Positions 21,065 to 32,232 of a stretch of DNA of 64,000 bases are shown here, piece after piece (within the stretch, counting starts at the first letter, position 1; every line of letters begins with the position of its first letter). Origin of the DNA: Spirochaetaceae bacterium (lineage in GTDB: Bacteria > Spirochaetota > Spirochaetia > DSM-2461); contig JAOPTT010000004.1 of the NCBI GenBank assembly GCA_051531975.1, positions 1 to 64,000 of the forward strand, written 5' to 3'. The translations under genes and the position numbers were made by a program. The notes below the pieces were generated by a model that saw nothing but the letters and a program-made list of their open reading frames with translations, was not told where the DNA came from and did not search any database.

Positions 21065-22810
21065 ATGAAAAATAAGACCTCTTTATTGTGTTTAATATTA
21101 TTAATACTACTGTTTAGTTGTGATTTGTTTGATGATGACTCAAATTCCGATGACCCTGATTCAAGTATATCTAGTCTACTCGCAAACCTTCCAGATTTTA
21201 ATGTTGATCTGCCTGATTCATTACAAGGTGGATCTGGTTCACGTAGTCCTGGTGATGTGGACATTCTTGATGGAGGTGTTTTAGAAGGTGTTAAATCTCA
21301 AGCATGGGCTGAGTTGAACTCTACCTTTAACGCAGAAAATGCAGCAATGAGTAACAATATCTCACAATTGTTTATTGAGGAACTTAGAGAATACGCTACA
21401 GAGATTGAAGCTTCTAGTGGAGAATTAGAATTAGATACAGTATATGACCTAGGAGTAAGGAGCTTATACGATCAGTATGGTCTTGATGGTATGATGTCGT
21501 CTTTTGATCTTGGATCATTTAAAGTATCTCAAGATGGAGATCTCTCAAAAATATATTGGAGTTTAAATTGGCCTGAATATGATTATATTGAGAATGTAAC
21601 GACGGGTAATTATGAAGAAGTTCTTTCTAGATATATGGATATGCAATTTTATTTTGAAATTGATAATTCAGATTCAGAACCAACTGTTCTATTTTTAATG
21701 ACTGCTGATTCTGGCTCTTTAAAATATTATAGCTTCTTCGATGGTAATAACATGATTTTAGACTCCTATAGTATGTATGATGATGAAGATGGTATCGGTT
21801 CTTGGGCATCATACTCCTATGGTACTGGAGATTCATTAACTCTATTTGAAATAGATAACGGTAGTGATTATAATGATAAGAAGATTGCATATGGTGATGA
21901 TAGTAATGGTGGACTAGTAAGTATTTATTCATGGGACAATGGTGGTGGTAGTACTTATACTGGTGGACGAAAAGAATATTTTGATAATAACGGTGACCTA
22001 GTTATGGAAGAGTGGGGTTCTGAGGATTCTGATCCATATTGGATTAGTTATGCTGAGTCTGGTGTTAATATAGCCTCTGCTTTTGGTCTTGGAACAGCAC
22101 CAGACAGTATTAAAGTAAGAGATAATAATGGTACGTGGGAGTACTCAACTGATGGTGGTACAAATTGGGTTGATCCTGTAGATAATATAGATCTATATAA
22201 TTTACATTTCAAAGCAGGAGATAACTGGGCTGTTGGAGATTGTGAATATTGGTGGAACGATAGCGATTGGGATAATGCAACCTCAACATATACTATAACC
22301 ATGACTAAGGGTAATGTTATTAAAGTTCCTGAAGACTATCTTGGTACAGACCTTCAAGTTTCAAGGAATTATCCATTAAAAAGTATATTACCACTCTCTG
22401 GACCTAAAGCTACAACTCATGAGATAAAGCAACTCGAAGGTTCTACAACTAATTATGACTGGGACGGTGATGGTTCAAATGACTATTCATGGACAGATTA
22501 TAGGTTTTTCTTAGTACCAATTGGTGATACTTTAGATGAAAATATAGACTTTGAGATTTATGGATTAAATATTCAGGATTATTGCTCATGGAATAATAAT
22601 ACTAATGACTGGGAGGATTCTAAATCTTATATCTTCTCAAGTAGTGATGCACTTCCTGACTATTTTAGTTTTACAGCTCAATCAACAATAAATTCTGTAG
22701 AAACTAAACTTGATAACCTTTATTCTGGTGAATTTCAAACTTGGTTAAATAGAGATTACGAATCAGAGTTTAATAGTTTCCCGTCTGATGACTTTTATTT
22801 GGACCTATAA
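21065..22810 (+). CDS. Large acidic lipoprotein of unknown function
   Basis: RBS GGAG; lipobox LFSC; rich in Asp/Gly/Trp/Tyr; DWDGDGSND motif. Confidence 0.8.
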   Translation: MKNKTSLLCLILLILLFSCDLFDDDSNSDDPDSSISSLLANLPDFNVDLPDSLQGGSGSRSPGDVDILDGGVLEGVKSQAWAELNSTFNAENAAMSNNISQLFIEELREYATEIEASSGELELDTVYDLGVRSLYDQYGLDGMMSSFDLGSFKVSQDGDLSKIYWSLNWPEYDYIENVTTGNYEEVLSRYMDMQFYFEIDNSDSEPTVLFLMTADSGSLKYYSFFDGNNMILDSYSMYDDEDGIGSWASYSYGTGDSLTLFEIDNGSDYNDKKIAYGDDSNGGLVSIYSWDNGGGSTYTGGRKEYFDNNGDLVMEEWGSEDSDPYWISYAESGVNIASAFGLGTAPDSIKVRDNNGTWEYSTDGGTNWVDPVDNIDLYNLHFKAGDNWAVGDCEYWWNDSDWDNATSTYTITMTKGNVIKVPEDYLGTDLQVSRNYPLKSILPLSGPKATTHEIKQLEGSTTNYDWDGDGSNDYSWTDYRFFLVPIGDTLDENIDFEIYGLNIQDYCSWNNNTNDWEDSKSYIFSSSDALPDYFSFTAQSTINSVETKLDNLYSGEFQTWLNRDYESEFNSFPSDDFYLDL

Positions 22811-22835
22811 ACGAATTAACTACTTATTTATACAT

Positions 22836-22869
22836 AACTCCCTTATCTTTGGTACAGGGAGTTTTTTTT
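22836..22869 (+). terminator. Rho-independent terminator
   Basis: AACTCCCT...AGGGAGTT followed by a T-run. Confidence 0.8.
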
Positions 22870-22900
22870 ATAACAAAATAACTCTCCATTGGAGATAGTC

Positions 22901-23623
22901 ATGAAAGTATTGGTATTAGGTGGAACAGGAGCTACAGGGAAACTGTTAGTTAGAGAACTTTTAAATAGAAATTTAGAGGTCGTAGCTGTTGTTAGATCTT
23001 CTAATAGATTACCTGAAGATTTTGTGAAAAAAGAGAAATTAACAGTAATTGAAGATTCTATTTCAGATTTAGATCTGGAAAAGGCATGTAGTTATATTGC
23101 TGGTTGTGATGCTGTTATATCTTGTCTTGGACACAATTTAAATTTTAAAGGTATCTTAGGTAAACCATTCAAACTTGTAACTGACGCCACTCGTCTATTT
23201 TGCGAAGCAATTCTATTCACTAAAAAAAACAAATCTGTAAAATTTATTTTAATGAATACAACAGGAAATAGAAACAAATACGCTGGGGAGGTTATCTCAT
23301 TTAGAGAAAAGCTTGTAATTGGTTTAGTTCGTGCACTACTTCCTCCTCAGAGGGATAATGAGTCTGCTGCTAAATTTTTGCAATCAAATATAGGTCTTAA
23401 GAGTAAATGTATAGGGTGGGTTGCAGTTAGACCTGATACATTAATTGATAACAATGAAACATCAGAATATGAAATACATAAATCTCCTATACGAAGTGCA
23501 ATATTTAATCCTGGTAAAACTAGTAGAATAAACGTTGGGCATTTTATGGCTGAACTTATAACTGACGATGAATTATGGCAGAAATGGAAAGGTGAGATGC
23601 CAGTAATATATAATAAAGAATAA
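22901..23623 (+). CDS. NAD(P)H-binding oxidoreductase (flavin/biliverdin reductase-like atypical SDR)
   Basis: GGTGATG Rossmann motif, WVAVRP; ATG 22901 follows GGAG. Confidence 0.85.
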   Translation: MKVLVLGGTGATGKLLVRELLNRNLEVVAVVRSSNRLPEDFVKKEKLTVIEDSISDLDLEKACSYIAGCDAVISCLGHNLNFKGILGKPFKLVTDATRLFCEAILFTKKNKSVKFILMNTTGNRNKYAGEVISFREKLVIGLVRALLPPQRDNESAAKFLQSNIGLKSKCIGWVAVRPDTLIDNNETSEYEIHKSPIRSAIFNPGKTSRINVGHFMAELITDDELWQKWKGEMPVIYNKE

Positions 23624-23627
23624 AAAA

Positions 23628-25037
23628 CTATTTAAGATTGTAAAATCTATTTTTAATATAACCAGATTGATCTAATGATATGGTTTTGTTATCTATATTC
23701 ACTGGATAAACTTTACTATAAACAATCTGGTTATTGATTAAGCCGATACTTAAAATCATACTCTCTTCCCCTGTATACCAACCAGTCATTAATGGAAATA
23801 TAAAATTACCTAGGGAATAGGCTATAAATCCTTTTTTATATGGTTCAATTTTTTGAAGTACATGGGGATGACTTCCTAAAACAAGATCTACTCCCATATC
23901 TATATATTTTTTATATAACGTCTTTTGCTGTAGAGATGGGTTCTCAGCCCACTCTGTTCCTCCGTGGACATATACAATATCAAAAGTACTATCTGAACAC
24001 ATCTTTTTTATGGCATTATCTGAAATATCACTATTAAAGAGTATTCCTGCTCTATTCTTTGTTACGAGAGATTGTTTATAACCATCATAACCATTTTTTT
24101 CATTTGGAAATGAGGCAATAGATAATATTCTAATATTATCAACTTCATAAAAATCTGATGCTTCTTTTATAGTTAAACCAGCACCTGAAGTTGGAATGTT
24201 ATATTCTTTTAGATTTATTAATGTATCTTTAAAACCAATCTCTCCAAAGTCATAAATATGATTATTTGCAATACTTAGGTAGTCAAATCCCACTTCTGTT
24301 AAATATGGCAAAAGGTCCTGTTTAAAACGAAAAGTAAAAGATTTTGAATTTTGTAAACCTCTATCTGTCACAGCTCCTTCTAAGTTACCTAAAAGTAAAT
24401 CAAAAGATTGTAATACAGGTAGAGTATTCGTGAAAACTGAGTTTATGCCTTTATTTCGTAATAGTGTATCTACACCTCTGTTTAACATCATGTCACCAAC
24501 AGCCCCAATCCAATATATTTTTGGTTGCCTTTCGATATTTTCTTTTTTACTTTCTACATATCTATCTAGCCATAAGTTAACTTCTGGGGATTTAATGTTT
24601 AATCTTTCTAAAAAAACTTCTGTAATTAGTGGGTATTCAACATCTGATGGATATAATCCATTTATAGATAGAGCCTTTTTAGGCATTTCTACATCTTTTA
24701 GTGGTATAAGTTGATATTTAGAAATATCCTTTAAATCTATATCATCTAGTGGGTTTGTATGATGAACAATTGCTGTACTATATCTCCGTAATATAAGATC
24801 AGATCTGTTTATATTTGATGAAATTTCTTTCTTTGAAAATTTTATAACCCTTAACTCTTGTCTGTTATTTAAATTTATTGTGGAGATATCTTCTAGAATA
24901 AAGTTTGGGTGGGGTGTAGATTTTAATTCTTCTATTCCTTCATTATACCCAGAGGAGATATCATAATAAATAATATTCTCTTTTTTACAGCTAAAAAATA
25001 TGGATAATATAGAAATAATAATTATGTATTTATACAT
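23628..25037 (-). CDS. CapA/PgsA-family metallophosphoesterase lipoprotein
   Basis: Lipobox FFSC; AVGDMM, GNLEG, ANNH, VHGG, GSHPH, YSLGNF. Confidence 0.87.
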   Translation of the reverse strand: MYKYIIIISILSIFFSCKKENIIYYDISSGYNEGIEELKSTPHPNFILEDISTINLNNRQELRVIKFSKKEISSNINRSDLILRRYSTAIVHHTNPLDDIDLKDISKYQLIPLKDVEMPKKALSINGLYPSDVEYPLITEVFLERLNIKSPEVNLWLDRYVESKKENIERQPKIYWIGAVGDMMLNRGVDTLLRNKGINSVFTNTLPVLQSFDLLLGNLEGAVTDRGLQNSKSFTFRFKQDLLPYLTEVGFDYLSIANNHIYDFGEIGFKDTLINLKEYNIPTSGAGLTIKEASDFYEVDNIRILSIASFPNEKNGYDGYKQSLVTKNRAGILFNSDISDNAIKKMCSDSTFDIVYVHGGTEWAENPSLQQKTLYKKYIDMGVDLVLGSHPHVLQKIEPYKKGFIAYSLGNFIFPLMTGWYTGEESMILSIGLINNQIVYSKVYPVNIDNKTISLDQSGYIKNRFYNLK

Positions 25038-25127
25038 CTTCTAATTATCACATATTAGTGACTTTATGCCAAATAATAGGTAATCAAGGTTTTTATGTGT
25101 GTATTTTATTGTTAAACGATCATAAGA

Positions 25128-25149
25128 GGCTGGAGATTTCTCTCCAGCC
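25128..25149 (-). terminator. Hairpin downstream of purL
   Basis: GGCTGGAGA-tttc-TCTCCAGCC perfect stem; the U-tract is weak. Confidence 0.6.
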
Positions 25150-25156
25150 AAAACTT

Positions 25157-28100
25157 TTATTTAAAATACTTAACTCCAGAGCTAAATATTCCCTGATCTT
25201 TTGCGCCGTATATATTTTTACAAACATTTGAACCAACTCGTTCAGAATGACCCATTTTACCAAAAACTCGACCATCTGGACTTGTAATACCTTCAATAGC
25301 CATTACAGAACCATTTGGATTAGCTCCAATATATTGAGTAGCTATTTGACCGTTTGCAGCCAACTCTTTAGCTGTTGCTAGATCTGCTATAAATCTACCT
25401 TCACCATGGGACAGAGCAATTTGATGCCTATCACCTACAACTGTATTTTGTAACCACGGAGATAAGTTAGAAGTAACTTCAGTCTCTGCCATCATGGAAA
25501 TATGTCTACCAATAGTATTATATGTAAGGGTAGGGTCATTTTGATTTATATCTCTAATTTCTCCATATGGAACAAGTCCTAGTTTGATTAAAGCCTGGAA
25601 ACCATTACAGATACCCATCATTAAACCATCACGTTCATTTAAAAGTCTTGTAACAGCATCTTTAATTTCAGGGTTTCTAAAGAAAGCAGCAATAAATTTA
25701 GCCGATCCCTCAGGTTCATCACCAGCACTAAATCCACCAGGAATCATAACTATTTGTGAGTTATCTATATAATTAACCATCTGAGAGATAGACTCTTTGA
25801 TATGGTTTTCAGTTAAATTATTTATTACAAAAGTTTCTGCAATTGCACCAGCATTAGTAAAAGCCTTCGCTGTGTCATACTCGCAGTTTGTTCCTGGGAA
25901 TACTGGAATAATTACCCTAGGTTTTGCCACAGAAATCTTTGGTTTAACTATATTAGTCGTTTTATATTCAACCTTAACAATATCCTGTTTGTCTTTTACT
26001 CTAATTGGATAAACATCTTCTAATGTAGTCTCCCAAGTTGTAAGAGCACTGTCCAAGTCGATAGTAATACCTTTTATAGTGATAGAATTGTTGGCTACAG
26101 TTGATCCGATAGTTACGAAGTTTAATTCTGATAGCAAACTTTCATCTTTTACTTCAATTACAAAGGCACCTAACTCTGCAGAGAACATATCTATATCTGC
26201 TGTAACATTTACACCGATCTGGTTACCAAATGACATTTTAGTTATCGCCGATGCTATACCACCTTTTCTAACAGTTTGTGCAGATAAGATTTTACCATCT
26301 TTAATAAGCTTAGTTATTTTATTAAATTGAGCCTCAATAACAGGGTAGTTAGGTAGGTCAAACTCATCTTTTGGTAGTGCTAAAAACACAACTTTATTCC
26401 CTGGGAATTTAAACTCTGGACTAATAACATAGTTTACATCGACTGGTGCTACAGCAAAAGAAACAAGTGTTGGAGGAACATGTAACTCTTCAAAGGTTCC
26501 ACTCATAGAGTCTTTTCCACCAATTGCCCCTATTTTAAGCTCTGTTTGTGCTTGGTAAGCACCTAATAATGCGTTAAATGGCTTTCCCCATTTTTTGGGA
26601 TCTGTACCAAGTCTTTCAAAGTACTCTTGGAAAGTTAATCTAATTTCCGATAGTTCTCCACCACCAGCTACTATTTTTGCAGCTGATTCTACAACTGCAT
26701 AAGCTGCTCCGTGGTAAGTTGACCATGTTGATAAGTCTGGATCAAAACCAAAACTCATTAGAGTTCCATTTGAAGTATCACCCTCTAATACAGGGATCTT
26801 AGCACACATAACATCTGTTGGAGTCTGCTGAGTTTTACCACCAAATGGTAATAGAACTGAAGATGCACCGACTGTACTGTCAAATGTCTCTATTAGACCT
26901 TTTTGGGAACAAACATTTAGGTTTGCTAAGTTTTTTAACCAATCGACTTTAATATCGTTTGTAGTTTCTATTACTTTATTATCTTTAAACCAGTTCTTAT
27001 TTTCATCTGGAGATATAGACTCTATATCCATATCTTGGATAACACCATTAGTATTAATGAATGACCGCTTCATGGAAACAATCTCTTGCCCTCTCCATTT
27101 AAGTTTTACTGTTGGATCTTCCGTTACTAAAGCAACTTCAACAGCTTCAAGGTTTTCTGTTTCACAAAGTTCTATAAACCTTTTAACATCTTTTGGGTCT
27201 AAAACTACAGCCATTCTCTCTTGAGATTCTGATATTGTAAGTTCTGTACCATCTAAACCATTATATTTTTTAGGAACAACGTCTAAGTCGATAATAAGAC
27301 CATCAGCTAACTCTGCAATTGCTACAGATATACCTCCGGCGCCAAAATCGTTACATATTTTTATCATTTTAGAAGCCTCAGGGTTCCTAAATAGACGTTG
27401 GATCTTTCTCTCTACTGGAGCATTACCTTTTTGAACTTCTGCTCCACTAGTCTCTATTGATTCCTCTGTATGTTCCTTAGAAGAACCTGTTGCTCCACCA
27501 CAACCATCCCGGCCAGTTCTTCCACCGGTTAAAACAATAATATCTCCAGGAGCAGCAGAGTCTCTAGTTACGTTTGATCTTGGAGCTGCTGCTATTACAG
27601 CACCAATTTCCATCCTTTTTGCAGTATAACCTTCGTGGTAAATCTCTGTTACATTACCAGTAGCTAAACCAATCTGGTTCCCATATGAACTATAACCATG
27701 TGCAGATTCTGTACATATTTTTCTCTGTGGAAGCTTCCCTGGAATTGTATCTTCTATTGCTGTAAGTGGAGAACCAGCCCCAGTTACTCTCATAGCTTGG
27801 TAGACATAACTTCTACCTGATAATGGATCACGGATACATCCTCCTAAACAGGTTGCAGCTCCACCAAATGGCTCAATTTCTGTAGGATGGTTATGAGTTT
27901 CGTTTTTAAACTGTATTAACCACTCTTCCTCTTTTCCATCTATAACTGCAGGAACAATAATTGAACAAGCGTTAACTTCTTCAGATATCTCTAGGTTTTC
28001 CATTAAACCACGACTTCTTAAGTCTTTTGCTGCTAAAACTGCCATATCCATTAAACAGATATCTTTGTTTTTGCCAACATATAGTTTTTCTCTAGTTTTT

Positions 28101-28870
28101 AAGTATAGGTTATATGATGCTTTTATTGGTTTAGAATATTTCCCATCATCAAAACTTATATTCTGAAGTCTTGTCATAAAAGTTGTATGTCTACAGTGGT
28201 CTGACCAGTAAGTGTCTAACATTTTGATCTCTGTTATACTTGGGTCTCTATTTTCTTCTGTTTTAAAGTATTTTTGGCAGTGAAGTAGGTCTAAATCACT
28301 CATTGCAAGACCTAACTCTTTTCTTAATGACTTTATTTGATCGTCTGTTTGATTTATGAAGTTTGTTAAAAACTTTACATCATCTGGAACAATCTCTATC
28401 TCTTTTAGAGTTGTTGGTTTTATAAGTTTTGCTTCTCGAGAATCAACAGGGTTTATAAGATACTTTTTTATATCTTTTAAATCTTTATCGGTTATATTCC
28501 CCTGGAGTACATATTGTAGGGCAGTTCTTATTAGTGGGTTTTCCCCTGGTGCCATAATTTGAATACATTGTTCTGCAGAATCTGCTCTCTGATCGTATTG
28601 ACCAGGAAGGTATTCTACTGCAAAACTTTTATGATTGTCTGTATTTAAGTTTTCTTCGTAGTAATAGTCGACTGGTGGTTCCGATAGAACCGTAGTTAAT
28701 GCATTATTATAAACAGTGTCTGATATGTTCTCAATATCATACCTAATAATAACTCTAGCACCTGTTAATCCTGTGAGGCTCAGGTGGCTTTTCAAGTCTT
28801 GCAGAAGATGGTCTGCGGCAACACTAAAATCTTTCTTTTTTTCTACATATACTCGTTTAATAATAGCCAT
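25157..28870 (-). CDS. purL: Phosphoribosylformylglycinamidine synthase, large fused form
   Basis: WSDHCRH, ETHNHPTEIEP, glutaminase motifs GICNG and GHSER. Confidence 0.95.
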   Translation of the reverse strand: MAIIKRVYVEKKKDFSVAADHLLQDLKSHLSLTGLTGARVIIRYDIENISDTVYNNALTTVLSEPPVDYYYEENLNTDNHKSFAVEYLPGQYDQRADSAEQCIQIMAPGENPLIRTALQYVLQGNITDKDLKDIKKYLINPVDSREAKLIKPTTLKEIEIVPDDVKFLTNFINQTDDQIKSLRKELGLAMSDLDLLHCQKYFKTEENRDPSITEIKMLDTYWSDHCRHTTFMTRLQNISFDDGKYSKPIKASYNLYLKTREKLYVGKNKDICLMDMAVLAAKDLRSRGLMENLEISEEVNACSIIVPAVIDGKEEEWLIQFKNETHNHPTEIEPFGGAATCLGGCIRDPLSGRSYVYQAMRVTGAGSPLTAIEDTIPGKLPQRKICTESAHGYSSYGNQIGLATGNVTEIYHEGYTAKRMEIGAVIAAAPRSNVTRDSAAPGDIIVLTGGRTGRDGCGGATGSSKEHTEESIETSGAEVQKGNAPVERKIQRLFRNPEASKMIKICNDFGAGGISVAIAELADGLIIDLDVVPKKYNGLDGTELTISESQERMAVVLDPKDVKRFIELCETENLEAVEVALVTEDPTVKLKWRGQEIVSMKRSFINTNGVIQDMDIESISPDENKNWFKDNKVIETTNDIKVDWLKNLANLNVCSQKGLIETFDSTVGASSVLLPFGGKTQQTPTDVMCAKIPVLEGDTSNGTLMSFGFDPDLSTWSTYHGAAYAVVESAAKIVAGGGELSEIRLTFQEYFERLGTDPKKWGKPFNALLGAYQAQTELKIGAIGGKDSMSGTFEELHVPPTLVSFAVAPVDVNYVISPEFKFPGNKVVFLALPKDEFDLPNYPVIEAQFNKITKLIKDGKILSAQTVRKGGIASAITKMSFGNQIGVNVTADIDMFSAELGAFVIEVKDESLLSELNFVTIGSTVANNSITIKGITIDLDSALTTWETTLEDVYPIRVKDKQDIVKVEYKTTNIVKPKISVAKPRVIIPVFPGTNCEYDTAKAFTNAGAIAETFVINNLTENHIKESISQMVNYIDNSQIVMIPGGFSAGDEPEGSAKFIAAFFRNPEIKDAVTRLLNERDGLMMGICNGFQALIKLGLVPYGEIRDINQNDPTLTYNTIGRHISMMAETEVTSNLSPWLQNTVVGDRHQIALSHGEGRFIADLATAKELAANGQIATQYIGANPNGSVMAIEGITSPDGRVFGKMGHSERVGSNVCKNIYGAKDQGIFSSGVKYFK

Positions 28871-28950
28871 GACTATTATTATCAGATTTGACCCTATTAA
28901 TCTATATCACAGGTTTAGATTATCTTACTTACGAGGGAATAAAACAAAAT

Positions 28951-28977
28951 AAAACCTCCCAATAATGAGAGGTTTTT
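28951..28977. terminator. Terminator after the PPIase genes
   Basis: AAAACCTC...GAGGTTTT inverted repeat. Confidence 0.7.
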
Positions 28978-28981
28978 CTTG

Positions 28982-29938
28982 TTATTTTATTGCAACTAAT
29001 TCAACTTCGAAAATTAACCATGAATTTGGTGGAATTGCACCTGGATAACCTTTCTCTCCATAAGCTAAGTTTGGAGGAATTACCACAGTTCTCTCTTCAC
29101 CAACGCTCATTTCAAGAACTGTCTCATCCCAACCTGGAATTACACTACCAGTTCCAACTGGGAACTCAATAGGTTCACCTCTTGATACAGATGAATCAAA
29201 TGTTTTTCCATCCATGAACTTTCCGGTGTAATGTACTGAGACATTTTGACCTTTAGTTGGTTTATTTCCATCACCTTCTTCTAAAATTGTATAGTAGATT
29301 CCTGAGTCTGAAACTTTTGCATCAGGGTATCGGCTTTTTATATCAGTGATAACAGCTTCGCTAGATTTTTTAGAAGATTCAGCAGCTCTATCTGATGTTG
29401 TTGATTTTAATTTATTAAAAGTCTCTTGAGTGGCAACAAAAGCTTCTGCTTTTTCACCAATTCTAATAATCTCAACTTTGTTAATTAAGTCTCCCATAGC
29501 TATGTTATCAACTACATCTTGACCTTCAACAACATAACCAAAAACAGTATGTTTCCCATCTAAATGTGGTGTTGGACCATGTGTGATAAAAAATTGACTT
29601 CCATTAGTTCCAGGCCCTGCATTCGCCATAGAAAAAGTTCCAGGTCTGTCATGTGTTAATGATGGATCAATCTCATCTTCAAATTTATATCCAGGATTTC
29701 CACTACCACTACCAAGGGGACAACCACCCTGGATCATAAAGTCTGCAATTACTCGGTGAAAGTTTAATCCATCGTAGTATCTTCCTTCTCTTGAAGCTTC
29801 TGTCATAGCACCTTCAGCCAATGCAACAAAGTTAGTTACTGTCATTGGTGTTTTCTCATATTCAAGTGTTAAAGTAATATTCCCTTTTTCTGTCTGAAAT
29901 TGGGCGTATAATCCATCTGATAAGTTTAGTTCGCTCAT
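28982..29938 (-). CDS. Cyclophilin-FKBP dual peptidyl-prolyl isomerase, cytoplasmic
   Basis: Cyclophilin [13 protein letters not shown] and [26 protein letters not shown]...FDSS...VIPGWD...IPPNS. Confidence 0.93.
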   Translation of the reverse strand: MSELNLSDGLYAQFQTEKGNITLTLEYEKTPMTVTNFVALAEGAMTEASREGRYYDGLNFHRVIADFMIQGGCPLGSGSGNPGYKFEDEIDPSLTHDRPGTFSMANAGPGTNGSQFFITHGPTPHLDGKHTVFGYVVEGQDVVDNIAMGDLINKVEIIRIGEKAEAFVATQETFNKLKSTTSDRAAESSKKSSEAVITDIKSRYPDAKVSDSGIYYTILEEGDGNKPTKGQNVSVHYTGKFMDGKTFDSSVSRGEPIEFPVGTGSVIPGWDETVLEMSVGEERTVVIPPNLAYGEKGYPGAIPPNSWLIFEVELVAIK

Positions 29939-29947
29939 ATATTTCTC

Positions 29948-30994
29948 CTATTTTATGTTTAATAATTCCATTTCAAATTTAAGCCAAGATTTTGGTGGTA
30001 TTGGCCCACGTCCATTAACCCCATATGCTAATTGATAAGGGATGTATACAACTCTTTTTTCTCCAAGCGTCATGTTTAACAAGGAGATATCCCAACCTGG
30101 TATAACTCTACCTGTTCCAACTGCAAACTCTATAGGTTCTCCCCTAGTTACAGAAGAATCGAAAACTTCGCCATTTAAAAATTCCCCAGTGTAATGTACT
30201 GATACCATCTGGTTTGCTGTTGGCTTTTCTCCATTACCATCTTTTAAAATTGTATAATAGATGCCTTCTTCTGATAGTTTTATATCTGGATAGTCAGATT
30301 TAATTTTACCTATAATTTCTATGTTCTCTTTCTCAGAAGCTAAAACTTCTTCTAATTCGATATCAACTTTTAGTTGCTCAAAAGTATCTTGTGTTGGATT
30401 AAAATTATTAGCATTATCTCCAATCCTCATAATTTTAACAGATATTATCTTATCTTTATTTGCAATTTTATTTACGACATCTTGTCCTTCAACAACATAA
30501 CCAAAAACCGTATGTTTACCATCTAAGTGTGGTGTCGGGCCATGGGTAATAAAAAATTGACTACCATTTGTTCCTGGACCAGAGTTTGCCATTGATAGAG
30601 TACCAGCTCTGTCATGAGTTAAAGTTGGATCAAATTCATCTGGAAATTTATAACCCGGATTCCCTCGACCAGTTCCATCAGGGCATCCTCCTTGTATCAT
30701 AAAGTTAGCTATCACTCTGTGAAAATCCAATCCATCAAAATACTTACCCTTTCTAGTAGCATCAGTCATTGTTCCTTCTGCTAAGGCTACAAAGTTTGTA
30801 ACTGTTAATGGCGTCTTTTCATATTCTAATGATAGTAAAATATCACCTTTGTTCGTAATTATATTTGCATACAATCCATCATCTAGATTCTTTATGTCGA
30901 TATTTGATTTCTTTTCCTCATTTGAAGTACACGATATTGTGCTTATAAATAACAGTGTTAACAAAAGTATTACAGTTCTTTTTGAAAAATTCAC
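29948..30994 (-). CDS. Cyclophilin-FKBP dual peptidyl-prolyl isomerase, lipoprotein
   Basis: Same two domains plus a signal peptide ending in ISTISC. Likely GTG start at 30994 after AAGGGAG; the ORF track start is 31018. Confidence 0.9.
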   Translation of the reverse strand: MNFSKRTVILLLTLLFISTISCTSNEEKKSNIDIKNLDDGLYANIITNKGDILLSLEYEKTPLTVTNFVALAEGTMTDATRKGKYFDGLDFHRVIANFMIQGGCPDGTGRGNPGYKFPDEFDPTLTHDRAGTLSMANSGPGTNGSQFFITHGPTPHLDGKHTVFGYVVEGQDVVNKIANKDKIISVKIMRIGDNANNFNPTQDTFEQLKVDIELEEVLASEKENIEIIGKIKSDYPDIKLSEEGIYYTILKDGNGEKPTANQMVSVHYTGEFLNGEVFDSSVTRGEPIEFAVGTGRVIPGWDISLLNMTLGEKRVVYIPYQLAYGVNGRGPIPPKSWLKFEMELLNIK

Positions 30995-31036
30995 ATTCTC
31001 TCCCTTAAATTGTGTCATGATATGTAAGTAATATAA

Positions 31037-31609
31037 CTATTTTTTTATGTTAAGAACAGCGCTTAGGGTGAAAAATAGCAGAGCTAATGCGATAAATATT
31101 CTTACATATATCATATAGCTAATGTAGGGAGAATAAAGAAAGTTTAGATATTGTTTAGGCATTCCTGGGTAAAGTTCATATCCTTTAATTCCTGAAATAG
31201 TTCCATCTAGGTATTTTAATGCAAATATAGTTATATCGCTACCAGCTTTTATTCCCCTGTAAGTAGATCCATTTTCTATTACTTCAGTATTGTAATCTGC
31301 TATCCCATAACCACTAAATAACATAATTTCTCCATCGTTTAATGACACTGTTAAATTTGGAGTTTTTGGTTTTTCATTGTTATATGCAACTAAATTATCT
31401 TTGATTGTGTTATGATCTTCTTTAATTTTACCATAGATTAGAAATGAGCTATTGGATTTGTTGACTTCAAATAAACTTTTTATAATATTTGCATTTGACA
31501 TCTGCTTATATAAGTTACTTTTACTTGAACCTTTAAATACAATTAAGACTGAAAGGATCAAGCAAAGTATTGATAATAAAAGCATTATTAATGGTAGTTT
31601 TTTTAACAT
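31037..31609 (-). CDS. Hypothetical membrane protein (N- and C-terminal TM)
   Basis: 190-aa ORF with two hydrophobic ends, in operon context. Confidence 0.7.
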   Translation of the reverse strand: MLKKLPLIMLLLSILCLILSVLIVFKGSSKSNLYKQMSNANIIKSLFEVNKSNSSFLIYGKIKEDHNTIKDNLVAYNNEKPKTPNLTVSLNDGEIMLFSGYGIADYNTEVIENGSTYRGIKAGSDITIFALKYLDGTISGIKGYELYPGMPKQYLNFLYSPYISYMIYVRIFIALALLFFTLSAVLNIKK

Positions 31610-31619
31610 TAACTAATGT

Positions 31620-32174
31620 TTATTCAATATTTAGGTACATAAATGGTTCTACAATATAAGACTGACCTTCAAGGAAGTCATAGCTATCTTCTATAACAAA
31701 TGCTCCTGACTCAATACGAATTGTATGGTTACCTGGTTTTACTGAAAAAGTTAAACCTCTTAATAAGTTTCCATTATCGTATACATAAATTTGGCCATCG
31801 GTTCCAGTTGCATCAGCATTCATAAATTCATCAGGAATACTAATTGAGATGTTTGCTGGAAGTACCTTTTTAGCCCGTTTTAAATTAGCTTTAATGACTT
31901 TATTTCTAGTTAATTCTACATTAACAGCATAATCTTGAAATCCATCTGCCTTAACTTCCACATAGTAGCTTCCTCGTCTCAATGAAACCCGATTTCCTTT
32001 GATTAAATTTCCATCTATAAATACTGAGTAGGACTTTGTATTACTCGAAACTGTTAACATATAAGTTACAGCTTTTGCAGCAGATTTTGTTGCAGGTGCT
32101 TTTGCTTTGATTTGTGAAAAACCTAAAGTAGCAGTAAATAATATTAGCGAAATTAGAATTATTTTTTTTAACAT
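31620..32174 (-). CDS. Exported PEGA-like domain protein
   Basis: Signal peptide; SVFIDG...GSYYVEVKADGFQDY pattern repeated; RBS AAGGAG. Confidence 0.7.
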   Translation of the reverse strand: MLKKIILISLILFTATLGFSQIKAKAPATKSAAKAVTYMLTVSSNTKSYSVFIDGNLIKGNRVSLRRGSYYVEVKADGFQDYAVNVELTRNKVIKANLKRAKKVLPANISISIPDEFMNADATGTDGQIYVYDNGNLLRGLTFSVKPGNHTIRIESGAFVIEDSYDFLEGQSYIVEPFMYLNIE

Positions 32175-32232
32175 AATATAGTCTCCTTGTTATCTAAGTA
32201 TATATAGAAAAATATAAATTAACAAATAGTTT

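Noticed and set aside
28871..28950. Purine or ZTP riboswitch upstream of purL
   Set aside because: The space is short and AT-rich with no aptamer consensus.
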